From contig CAWDXG010000004.1 in assembly GCA_963806225.1 (NCBI GenBank), positions 4,576,001 through 4,640,000 on the forward strand: a stretch of 64,000 bases of DNA, read 5' to 3'. The notes beneath the pieces are model-generated. The model saw only the letters and a list, made by a program, of their open reading frames with translations, was not told the origin of the DNA and made no database searches. Positions 9,783 through 19,144 of this stretch are shown in pieces. The first letter of the stretch is position 1. Every line of letters begins with the position of its first letter. The position numbers were made by a program, and so were the translations under genes. The stretch comes from an uncultured delta proteobacterium. GTDB lineage: Bacteria; Myxococcota_A; Polyangia; Polyangiales; Polyangiaceae.

Positions 9783-11084
9783 TCACGTCTCGATCGCGAT
9801 CGCGTGCAGCCCCACGAGATCGCCGCAGCTGGTGCGGCCTACGAGGTACACGTTGACCTCGGCCTGGTTGGGGCTGCCGGCGGGCGCGTGCACGGCGACG
9901 TAGAGCACGTCGCTGAGCTGGTCTGCGACGGCCGACTCGACCGCCGCCGAGGCGCCCTGATCGGCCGTGCTGCTCGAAGGCTCGAACGCGACGCCGAAGT
10001 TGTCGACCGGGCGAAGCTCCGCGGTGCTGCCGGAGGGCGCGCCGACGAGTGCCAGCACGGAGTCCGCCGTCGGCGCTGTCGTGCCGGCACCGGCGAACGA
10101 AACCACGTCGAGCGGCCGATCGCTCTCGCTCATGAAGAGCAGATCGGGGAGGTGCGGCGACACGGCGCTCTCGAACTTGTCGATGCAGGCATCCTGACCC
10201 GAGCCGGCGTTCCATTGTCCGCTCGCGGCGTAGTCGTGAAGCGCCGTCATCGTCTGCGTGCCCACGCCCGCGACATCGGCGACCGCGGCGACCGTCGTGA
10301 ACGGGCGCGCGGCGATGATCAGGTTCGCCGGATGCGTCGTCATCCCGTGCGCGGTCAGCTCGTCGACACTGGCGTCGTTGGCGATGGCCAGCGCCGTCTT
10401 CGCGGTGGCTTCGTCGAAGTCCACGCCGTCGAAGCTGCCGCCCAGGCTCTGGGTCTCGCCGGACCGCATCAACGGCCACCAGTCCGTCGCCGCGTCGCGC
10501 AGGCTGCCGAGCGCGCTCGGTCCCACGTACGACACCGGGCCCATCGCGGTCACGCTTGAAAACGGTCGTCCAGCGACCAGGCCGCTGGCGGCGCGCGAGT
10601 CGAGTATCGCGTCGAGCGCGTCGTAGTCCAGGTGATTGACCGCCCACACCACCGTCTGCGCCTGCCAGCCCTGGAAGTACACGCTCTCGACGGTTTCGGC
10701 AGCCGGAGCCGGATGCGTGGCGGCATACGTCTCGAGCTTCTGGAACGCCGTGTCCCCGACGTAGGGGATCGCGTCGAGCACGCCGATGTCCGCGAACTCC
10801 ACGTCGTCACTGGACGGGCAGGCGCCGTCCTGCCCGTTGCGATAGGCCACGATGTTGGCGGCGGCGCGCGAATCGAGTCCGACCGCGTCGTCCAGCGTGG
10901 CTTCGTCGGTGCCCGGGTAGTTGACGAACGCCAGCAGGCTCGCTGCATCGGCGGGGGACAGCGTCAGCGCATGGCCCGACGGGCTCGAGGTGCCCTCCGG
11001 GGAGGTGTCGCCTCCCGCGTTCAGGGCGCAGCCTGTCGGAAGAACCAACAAGGCGAGAAGCAAGAACGTGATCCGCTGGTACAT
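9783..11084 (-). CDS. Lipoprotein: three ComEA-like HhH repeats + C-terminal nuclease A inhibitor (NuiA-like) domain
   Basis: ATG 11084 with AGGAG RBS; lipobox LPTGC; three repeats ending PYVG/SYVG/AGVG; C-terminal LLFMSESDRPL...EVNVYLVGRTSCGDLVGLHAIAIET resembles the NuiA pattern LLFMSESEYPF...VYIIG...GL....ET. Confidence 0.75.
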   Translation of the reverse strand: MYQRITFLLLALLVLPTGCALNAGGDTSPEGTSSPSGHALTLSPADAASLLAFVNYPGTDEATLDDAVGLDSRAAANIVAYRNGQDGACPSSDDVEFADIGVLDAIPYVGDTAFQKLETYAATHPAPAAETVESVYFQGWQAQTVVWAVNHLDYDALDAILDSRAASGLVAGRPFSSVTAMGPVSYVGPSALGSLRDAATDWWPLMRSGETQSLGGSFDGVDFDEATAKTALAIANDASVDELTAHGMTTHPANLIIAARPFTTVAAVADVAGVGTQTMTALHDYAASGQWNAGSGQDACIDKFESAVSPHLPDLLFMSESDRPLDVVSFAGAGTTAPTADSVLALVGAPSGSTAELRPVDNFGVAFEPSSSTADQGASAAVESAVADQLSDVLYVAVHAPAGSPNQAEVNVYLVGRTSCGDLVGLHAIAIET

Positions 11085-11109
11085 GGCTAGCTCCTGAAAA
11101 CGATGGGTC

Positions 11110-11310
11110 TCAGACCTCGACGGTGGTCGTGCGCGTTCCCGGCGCTGCGCGCCGCACCGACGCCGCGAAGTACTCGGCGATGCGCCGGCGCAGCAGCTCC
11201 AGCGCATCCGGCTCGGAGTCGGCGACGGCCGAGCAGCCCGGTAGATCGGGGCAGTAGGCGCGCACCCGTCTTGTCCGGGTGCTGGGCTCGAGAACGACGG
11301 CGACCTTCAT
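11110..11310 (-). CDS. HicB-family antitoxin-like protein (short form, no DNA-binding domain)
   Basis: MKVAVVLE...AYCPDLPGCSAVADSEPDALELLRRRIAEYF matches the HicB N-terminal PDLPGC motif; 66 aa. Confidence 0.75.
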   Translation of the reverse strand: MKVAVVLEPSTRTRRVRAYCPDLPGCSAVADSEPDALELLRRRIAEYFAASVRRAAPGTRTTTVEV

Positions 11311-11323
11311 GGCGCGTCCCCTG

Positions 11324-11339
11324 TACAAGCGGCGTGCCA
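11324..11339 (-). promoter_or_regulatory. sigma54 -24/-12 promoter
   Basis: Minus strand TGGCAC-GCCGC-TTGTA, 13 bp upstream of the HicB-like ATG; -12 element is TTGT rather than TTGC. Confidence 0.6.
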
Positions 11340-11392
11340 GGCCAGCCTCGCGCGTCGTTCCGGAGAATCTGGCGGATTCCAGCGTTCAGCTG

Positions 11393-11429
11393 CTGTAATA
11401 ACACATATAGGAGTTGCAATTCTGCAACT
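11393..11429. promoter_or_regulatory. Candidate enhancer (tandem bEBP sites)
   Basis: Perfect inverted repeat AGTTGCA-ATTC-TGCAACT (11412-11429) plus a weaker CTGT-N6-ACAT 21 bp earlier, in an AT-rich island. Confidence 0.6.
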
Positions 11430-11451
11430 ATTGATGAAGTCTTGGATACTC

Positions 11452-12926
<1,475 letters not shown>

Positions 12927-12930
<4 letters not shown>

Positions 12931-13592
12931 GCGGGGCAGGCGATGTTCTTCTGCCAGGTCCACGCGCCGCCGGTGCAGGTCACCGCGGCGCCGCTTGGAC
13001 CACACGGATTGCCGTAGCGGCACTCGGTCCCCTCCGGCGCACTGCAGGCGCTACCGTCGTTCGGCACGATCGCCGGGCATCCGGCGGTAGTCGGCGGCGG
13101 GGCGCACTGCCACTTCGGCGGCGGCGCCGCGCACGGGCCGGCGCTGCACGATGTGCACAGGCACAACGTGCCGTCCTGGTAGTCGCACACCTGGGCTTCG
13201 GTGCTGCACACGACGCCGTTCGCGGGCGGCGCGCCAGGGCAGCCCGTGTAGTGCGAGCACACCGACTGGGTGGGCGTCCACTTGCCGCCGCTGCAGAGCC
13301 ACTCGTAGCGGCACTCCGGCCGCACGGCGTCTCCGTAGGTGCAGCGCAGATCCGGCGCGCTGCACGCCTGACCCGATGCCGGTGCCTTCGCCGGGCAGCC
13401 GACGGGCGAGGTGCCACCGCTGCCGCCCGAACCACTGCTGCCGCCGCTGCCGCCGCTGCCGCCGGCGGCTCCGCTGCCGCCGGAAGCTCCGCTGCCCGCG
13501 GAGCCGCCGCTGCCGTCCGTGCTGGTATTGCCGCCACAGGCTGCGACGCAGAGCGCCAGGGCGACGAGGCCCGACTTCGCGAAGAGGTTCAT
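12927..13592 (-). CDS. Cys-rich lipoprotein
   Basis: Lipobox VAACGG, Gly/Ser linker, three CP...G..CS.....C.Y repeats. Confidence 0.75.
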
Positions 13593-13675
13593 CGTTGTTC
13601 TCCCGGCCACCCCGGGAGCCTACCGCTTCGCTCCGCGGTGCGGCCAGGGCCGCGTGGACTTCGCGGCGGCGCGGG

Positions 13676-15244
13676 CTAGCTCCGCCGCCTGCGGCGCCAG
13701 CCCCAGCCGAAGCCCAGCAGACCGAACAAGAGGAGCCCACCGCGCGGCAAGGAGTCGGTCGAGGCCACGCGGCAGCCGCATCCACCGTTCGAACCGGCGC
13801 TCGTGTCGCCGCGCGAGGGCTGGCCCCCGGCGCCGTTGCCGCCGCTGCTGTTCCCGCCGGCGGAGCTGGCTCCAGTGCCACCGGAGCCGATCACGAGCCC
13901 GCCGTCACCGCCCGATCCTCCGCTGGCTCCACCGCTGCCGTTCGGATTGTCCACGCACTGGCCGCTCTGGCAGAGCTGCCCCGACGGGCAGACGGCGCCC
14001 GCGCACGGGTCGACGCATTGTCCGGCCTTGCACACCTGTCCCGACGCGCACTGCTTGCCCTCGCAGCCGGGGTCCACGCACTTGCCGTTGGCGCTGTCGC
14101 ACGAAAGGCCGGTCGGACAGGGCGCGCAGGTGCAAGGCGGCCCGCAGGCTCCGGCGTTGCACACCTGACCCGAGGGGCACGTGACGCCGCTACAGGGATT
14201 GACGCAGGCTCCGACCCGGCATTGTTGCCCCGTCGGACACGTGACGCCATCGCACGGCGCTTTGCACTGGCCCTTCACGCAGACCTGCCCCGACGGGCAC
14301 GACACGCTCGCGCAGCTCGGGTCCACGCAGTAGCCGTTCGAGCAGACCTTGTTGCCCGAGCAGGAAAACTCGCCCGAGCCGCATGCCTTGACGCATGTGC
14401 CCCTGTCGCAGACGTAGTCCGTCTGGCACAGGCCCTGGCCGTCGTCGACCTGACCGTTGCAGTCGTTGTCGAGCCCGTCGCACTTCTCGGCGCTCGGCTG
14501 CACGGTCTGCGTGCAGTTCGTGGCGCCGCCGCTGGAGCACTGCGTGACGCCCTGTGCACAGATGCCCTGCTGCCCGGTGTCGCACGGCTGGCCGCCGCCC
14601 ACGCACTGCAGGCCCTGGAGCAGGTACACGTCGTCGTTGTAGTCGCCGTCGTTGGCGTAGCTGCTGGAGGTGACGTTTCCATCCTCGAACGCGAGGTAGT
14701 AGGCGTCCGGGAGCACGCTCGACTTGTACGTGACCGAGAGGATCCACGGTCCCGGCGAGCTGCAGCCCGAGCAGACGACGTTCCACTTGGCTTCAGAATA
14801 GTGCGTCTGCCCGCCGATCAGCGCGAAGCCGATAAGGCCGCCCGCGTACGCCGGATCCTTCTTGATGTCGGTACCGGTGAAGACGGTGCCCAGGGGGCTA
14901 TTCGGCGCCACGATCTGGTGGAGGAGCCCGCCGGTAGGCGGAGTCGTGGCCGTCGGGTCCACGTTGTACCAGGCGAGCCCGAAGTGCGAGCCCGCCTGGT
15001 TCAGGAGGTACGCGGCCTTGAAGTTGCAGAGCGGGGAGAACACGTCCGGCTTGGGGCTGGCGTCGTTCTGCCACTGGATGGCCTCGCCCCGCTGCTGGAA
15101 GAACGTGTAGAGCTGGATCTCGCCGTTCGCCGAATCTCGCGGAACGACGATGCCGTTCGGTTCGGTAGTGGTTGCCAGCGCGGCCCTGGAGGCGAGCAGC
15201 GCGACGCCGGCGACGAGGGAAGCGATGCACTTGCGAAGCAACAC
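13676..15244 (-). CDS. Cys-rich surface protein (DUF4114-like domain, MopE-like metal-binding motif, MYXO-CTERM)
   Basis: Signal peptide; AFED...DGDYND; EKCDGLDNDCNGQVDD; DPC.GV.CP.GQ.C repeats; GCGC + TM + RRRRR. Confidence 0.75.
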   Translation of the reverse strand: MLLRKCIASLVAGVALLASRAALATTTEPNGIVVPRDSANGEIQLYTFFQQRGEAIQWQNDASPKPDVFSPLCNFKAAYLLNQAGSHFGLAWYNVDPTATTPPTGGLLHQIVAPNSPLGTVFTGTDIKKDPAYAGGLIGFALIGGQTHYSEAKWNVVCSGCSSPGPWILSVTYKSSVLPDAYYLAFEDGNVTSSSYANDGDYNDDVYLLQGLQCVGGGQPCDTGQQGICAQGVTQCSSGGATNCTQTVQPSAEKCDGLDNDCNGQVDDGQGLCQTDYVCDRGTCVKACGSGEFSCSGNKVCSNGYCVDPSCASVSCPSGQVCVKGQCKAPCDGVTCPTGQQCRVGACVNPCSGVTCPSGQVCNAGACGPPCTCAPCPTGLSCDSANGKCVDPGCEGKQCASGQVCKAGQCVDPCAGAVCPSGQLCQSGQCVDNPNGSGGASGGSGGDGGLVIGSGGTGASSAGGNSSGGNGAGGQPSRGDTSAGSNGGCGCRVASTDSLPRGGLLLFGLLGFGWGWRRRRRS

Positions 15245-15293
15245 GCTGACAAGAGTACCACCGATGAAATCCACCCGATAGACGCCCACGCTG

Positions 15294-15599
15294 TTACGCG
15301 CCGCGTCGCTCCCGTCGGTATCGCCGCGCGCTCTGCCCGCCCCCGCCGAGCAGCCCGATATCCATCAGGAGCGCGATGAGCACGAGCAGCCAACCGAGTG
15401 GCGGCATCTGCCCAGGCGCGCCGAGCGAATTCATCCCGAAGGCGAACGCGAGCGTGGTCAGCGGTAGGAAGAAGAAGCCCAGGAGCGGCCAGAGCCAACC
15501 CCCGAACGCTCGCGACAGATAGCCCCCCGAGAAGAACCACACGAGGAACAGAGCTAGACGCGGAAACGCGATTGCGATGCAGCCGACTAGACAGGGCAT
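15294..15599 (-). CDS. Small hydrophobic membrane protein
   Basis: MPCLVGCIAIAFPRLAL...WPLLGFFFLPLTTLAFAF; about 3 TM segments. Confidence 0.7.
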   Translation of the reverse strand: MPCLVGCIAIAFPRLALFLVWFFSGGYLSRAFGGWLWPLLGFFFLPLTTLAFAFGMNSLGAPGQMPPLGWLLVLIALLMDIGLLGGGGQSARRYRRERRGA

Positions 15600-15676
15600 G
15601 AGCCCGTGCAAGGTGCACATGCTCGCGGGCGCGGGCAAGTGTTGACGGCATGCGCGGTGCGGTCGACATTGACGCG

Positions 15677-15982
15677 ATGCTCGTCGTTGTCGCCGTGCTG
15701 TATGTCCGCCCGGGCGCCGAGGAAGTGTTCGCGGATTTCGAAGAGCAGGCGCTTGCCATCCTCCACGAACACGGAGGCCGGCTCGAGCGCGCAGTTCGGC
15801 CCGTGTGCGCTGCCGACGCTCCTCACGAGATCCACGTGCTCACGTTCCCGTCGCAGAGCGTTTTCGACGCCTACCGTGGGGATCCACGGCTCGCGGCGCT
15901 GGCCTCGCCGAGGCAGAGCGCCGTCGAGAAGACCGTCCTCTGGTCGGGGCCGGACGTGTCCGTCGAGTACCGCGGGGAGTGA
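15677..15982 (+). CDS. DUF1330-like dimeric alpha/beta barrel protein
   Basis: FEEQALAILHEHGGRL...EIHVLTFPSQSVFDAYRGDP pattern. Confidence 0.65.
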   Translation: MLVVVAVLYVRPGAEEVFADFEEQALAILHEHGGRLERAVRPVCAADAPHEIHVLTFPSQSVFDAYRGDPRLAALASPRQSAVEKTVLWSGPDVSVEYRGE

Positions 15983-15983
15983 C

Positions 15984-16430
15984 CTACGGATACAGGCACG
16001 TGCACGCGAGCTTGCCGGGGTCGGAGATCTGGCAATCGCACTGGCACAGCGAATCGGCGCAGGGGCAGGCGAGCTTGCCGTTGCAGGAGGGGGGGAGGGC
16101 TTTGCAGGCGTACGTGACCGTGGTGTTGTCGCAGCACTGCCCGGGCGTGCCTTGCTTGCCGCCCGGGCACAGGCCCGCGTCGTCTGGCGGCTGGCACGCC
16201 CCGCCGCTCGAGGTGGTGACGACGCAGACCTCTCCGGCCTTGCAGGTCGTGCCGTTGCAGTCGGTGGACTGCGCGTCGGACCCGGCGTCCTGTCCTCCCG
16301 TCGCGTCGTACCCGGAATCGGCGGACGCGTCGGAGCCCGCCGGGTTCTGTGTGGTCGAACCGCAGGCCAGGGCGAGCGGTGCCAGGACGGCGCCAAGCGC
16401 CAGCGCGAACAGAGAAAGTCGTGCCGTCAT
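15984..16430 (-). CDS. Small Cys-rich lipoprotein
   Basis: Lipobox ALACGS; Cys-rich C-terminal half. Confidence 0.7.
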   Translation of the reverse strand: MTARLSLFALALGAVLAPLALACGSTTQNPAGSDASADSGYDATGGQDAGSDAQSTDCNGTTCKAGEVCVVTTSSGGACQPPDDAGLCPGGKQGTPGQCCDNTTVTYACKALPPSCNGKLACPCADSLCQCDCQISDPGKLACTCLYP

Positions 16431-16444
16431 GGGCAGCAGCCTAC

Positions 16445-16460
16445 AGCATGCTCCGTGCCA
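16445..16460 (-). promoter_or_regulatory. sigma54 -24/-12 promoter
   Basis: Minus strand TGGCAC-GGAGC-ATGCT just upstream of ATG 16430. Confidence 0.55.
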
Positions 16461-16541
16461 TCGAGATATCGGCGCGTTCGCGCGGCTTGTCGAGTGTCAG
16501 GCTGTGCCAGGTGCGCGTGGGATGGACAGCGATGTCGCGGA

Positions 16542-17135
16542 TCATCCGTGCGGTCGCCAGCGCACCAGCAGATCCGCGTCGCACAGCGAGTGGATGCGGA
16601 CCAGCACCTCGCCGTCCACGCCCAGCGCGTCCAGAGCACCTTCGTGCACGCCCACATTGTACGACTCCGGCCAGCCCCACACGCCGCGCAGCTCGAGGAT
16701 CGCTTCGCCGTCGCCCGTGTCCACGACGCGGGCGGTGCCCGTGTTTCCGACGAGGCGATAGGCCTTCGGCGCGACGTGCAGCGCCGAACGAGGGTCATCG
16801 CCGGCGATGCTCATCACCACGCGGCCGATTGTCGAGCTGGAGAATGTCGGGTACGCGAGCCGACCGAGTCGCCGCATGCCTTCGCGCACCGGCAGACCCG
16901 GATAGGCGAGCTTCGCTGCCTGGGGGAGCAGCTCGATCATCTCGCTGAGCGGGTAGTTGGTGAACGCCACGTAGCGTTTGCGGCCCGGGCGCTGTCCCGA
17001 GCGCTGCTCCACGAGATCGGCGATGTTCGACAGGAACATGCCCTTGACCGTCGCCGCGCGCGGCAGCGCTTGCAGCCGCGCGTCGAGCTCGAGCGGCGCC
17101 CGCATGTCCGGCTCCCCGAAACCGTCGCCTGTCAT
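16542..17135 (-). CDS. DUF2378 (TIGR02265, Myxococcales-restricted) family protein
   Basis: TVKGMF...YVAFTNYP...MRRLGRLAYPTFSSSTIGRV; ATG 17135. The upstream part of the long ORF is the antisense shadow of the LEA gene. Confidence 0.8.
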   Translation of the reverse strand: MTGDGFGEPDMRAPLELDARLQALPRAATVKGMFLSNIADLVEQRSGQRPGRKRYVAFTNYPLSEMIELLPQAAKLAYPGLPVREGMRRLGRLAYPTFSSSTIGRVVMSIAGDDPRSALHVAPKAYRLVGNTGTARVVDTGDGEAILELRGVWGWPESYNVGVHEGALDALGVDGEVLVRIHSLCDADLLVRWRPHG

Positions 17136-17217
17136 GCTTCCGGGGGCACAATAGCCGATCCGCGGCGCACAGTTGAACTGGATTGCCCAGCTGGCATGAC
17201 CGACCCATGATGAGCCG

Positions 17218-17712
17218 ATGCGACCTCTCCTCGTAGCTCTGCTGGCCTCCGTCCTCCTGGTGGCCTGCGCGAAGCCGAAGCCTCCGACCATTACGCCCCA
17301 TTCGGTCGAGGTGAAGTCGGTGAGCCCGACGGCGCTGGTGCTCCACGCGCAGTTCGACGTGCACAATCCCAACGGCTTTCCCCTCATCGTCCGCAAGGTG
17401 TCCGGCAAGCTCACGGTCGCAAACAACGTGGACATGGGCTCGACCAGCGTGCCGAGCGGCGTATCGATCCCCGCCAACGGCACGCAGCGCGTCGCCAGCG
17501 ATCTGGACGTGTCCTGGCAGAACCTGAGCCAGCTGTTGCCGTACGCGGTGTCCGGAAAGCCGGTCCCGTACAGCTTCGACGGGCACGCCACCGTGGGTGG
17601 GAAGAGCCTCAACATCGAGGTGCCGTTCAGCATCAAGGGCGAGCTCACTTCTGCACAGCTGCTCTCGGCCGGGCTGAACGGTCTGCCGAAGTTGCCGGGG
17701 CTTGCTCCCTGA
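17218..17712 (+). CDS. LEA type 2 (WHy) lipoprotein
   Basis: Lipobox LVAC; FDVHNPNGFPL motif; IPANG; YSFDG. Confidence 0.85.
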   Translation: MRPLLVALLASVLLVACAKPKPPTITPHSVEVKSVSPTALVLHAQFDVHNPNGFPLIVRKVSGKLTVANNVDMGSTSVPSGVSIPANGTQRVASDLDVSWQNLSQLLPYAVSGKPVPYSFDGHATVGGKSLNIEVPFSIKGELTSAQLLSAGLNGLPKLPGLAP

Positions 17713-17815
17713 TCACAAGGTGATGCAATGCGTCGCACGATGGAGCGGCGCGTCGTGACCGATCGCAGCTCTGGGGCTGTTCGCGGCGAGCTGGATGTGT
17801 CATCCACAAGACGCC

Positions 17816-19138
17816 GTGAAGAACCTTCTACGCCTGGTCCTTGCGCTTTCCGCCGTGGTCGCCGTCGCAGCGGCCTGCTCCGCGGGCGGGACGGCCAACC
17901 ACGACAACGGCAGCGGCGGCTCCGCGGCATCGGGCGGCTCCGGAGCGTCGGGCGGCCTGGCCGGCACCGGTGGCGGACTCTCGCTGGACGGCGGTGGGGA
18001 CGCGAAGCCGCCCCCGGCGGTCGCTCATCTCAAAGGCAAGGTGTACTCGCCGCAGGGCGTGTTGCCGATCTCGGGCGCGCTGGTGTACCTGGCCAACTCG
18101 CCCCCAGCGCCGTTTCCCGATCACGTGTTCTGCGACCGCTGCGTCACGCTGAACAAGGGCGTGCCGTACACGTTCTCGAACCCCGACGGCAGCTTCGATC
18201 TGGGGGTCGACTCGACGGGCAAGTTCCAGCTGGTGGTCGAAAAGGGCCAGTTCCGCCGCGTGCGTGACGTCAACGTGACCGCCGGCACGGTCAACGTGCC
18301 GAAGGACGATACGACGCTGCCGCGCAAGACGGACCTGACCGTCCACGACGAGATCCCGAAGATGGCCGTGCTGCAGGGAGCGTGGGATGCCATCGAGGTA
18401 ACCCTCGCCAAGTTCGGGCTCGGTCAGCTGGAGCCCGGGCTGTTCAACCTCGGCGTGCAGGTGAAGCCCGGCACTGCTTCGTTCGACATCATAAAGGACA
18501 GCCGCCAGGCGTTCCTGTCCGACTACAGCCGGCTGTCGCAGTACCACATCGTGTTTCTGCCCTGCGACAACAACAGCGGCGGGACGACCTGCGACGACCT
18601 CACATCGGGCGACGTGACGGTGCAGCAGAACATCCAGAAGTTCGTGGCGGCCGGCGGCAAACTCTACGTCACCGACTATTCGTACGACTACGTGCGGCAG
18701 CCGTTTCCCGGCTACATGGACTGGGCGAACGAGACGAGCGCGATCGGTTCGGCGTGCCTTTCCAGCGAATACGACGCCAACGCCACCGTGCTCGACCAGG
18801 GCATGAAGGCCTGGCTGGCCGCGTCGGGCGTGACCTCGTTCCAGGTCAAGCAGAGCTGGACGATCGTCGACAAGGTCAATCCCGTGAAGACCACGGATCT
18901 GGACGGCAAGCCGACGACCGTCACGCCCAAGGTGTGGGTGCAGGGCGCCGTCCCGAACTACGGCGACAAGCCCACCACGGTCAGCTTCCCGCGAGCCTGC
19001 GGCCGCGTGATGTTCAGCACGTACCACACGGAATCCGGCGGAGCGACGGTCAGCTCCCCGCTCCTGCCGCAGGAGGCTGCGCTGATGTACGTGCTGCTCG
19101 AGGTCGGCGTGTGCATCGAGCCGACGATTCCGCAGTAG
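17816..19138 (+). CDS. Lipoprotein with carboxypeptidase-regulatory-like beta-sandwich
   Basis: GTG start, lipobox AAACS; GKVYSPQG..PISGALVY...DGSF...KGQFRR. Confidence 0.7.
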   Translation: MKNLLRLVLALSAVVAVAAACSAGGTANHDNGSGGSAASGGSGASGGLAGTGGGLSLDGGGDAKPPPAVAHLKGKVYSPQGVLPISGALVYLANSPPAPFPDHVFCDRCVTLNKGVPYTFSNPDGSFDLGVDSTGKFQLVVEKGQFRRVRDVNVTAGTVNVPKDDTTLPRKTDLTVHDEIPKMAVLQGAWDAIEVTLAKFGLGQLEPGLFNLGVQVKPGTASFDIIKDSRQAFLSDYSRLSQYHIVFLPCDNNSGGTTCDDLTSGDVTVQQNIQKFVAAGGKLYVTDYSYDYVRQPFPGYMDWANETSAIGSACLSSEYDANATVLDQGMKAWLAASGVTSFQVKQSWTIVDKVNPVKTTDLDGKPTTVTPKVWVQGAVPNYGDKPTTVSFPRACGRVMFSTYHTESGGATVSSPLLPQEAALMYVLLEVGVCIEPTIPQ

Positions 19139-19144
19139 CGCTCT

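Noticed and set aside
13676..15244. traA kin-recognition gene
   Set aside because: No adjacent traB (OmpA domain), and the distal domain looks DUF4114-like rather than PA14-like.
13151..15379. Long antisense or alternative-frame ORFs (also 22441-24381, 28051-30207, 40553-42433 and others)
   Set aside because: Shadow ORFs expected at high GC; Arg/Ala-rich with no motifs, and they lie opposite well-supported genes.
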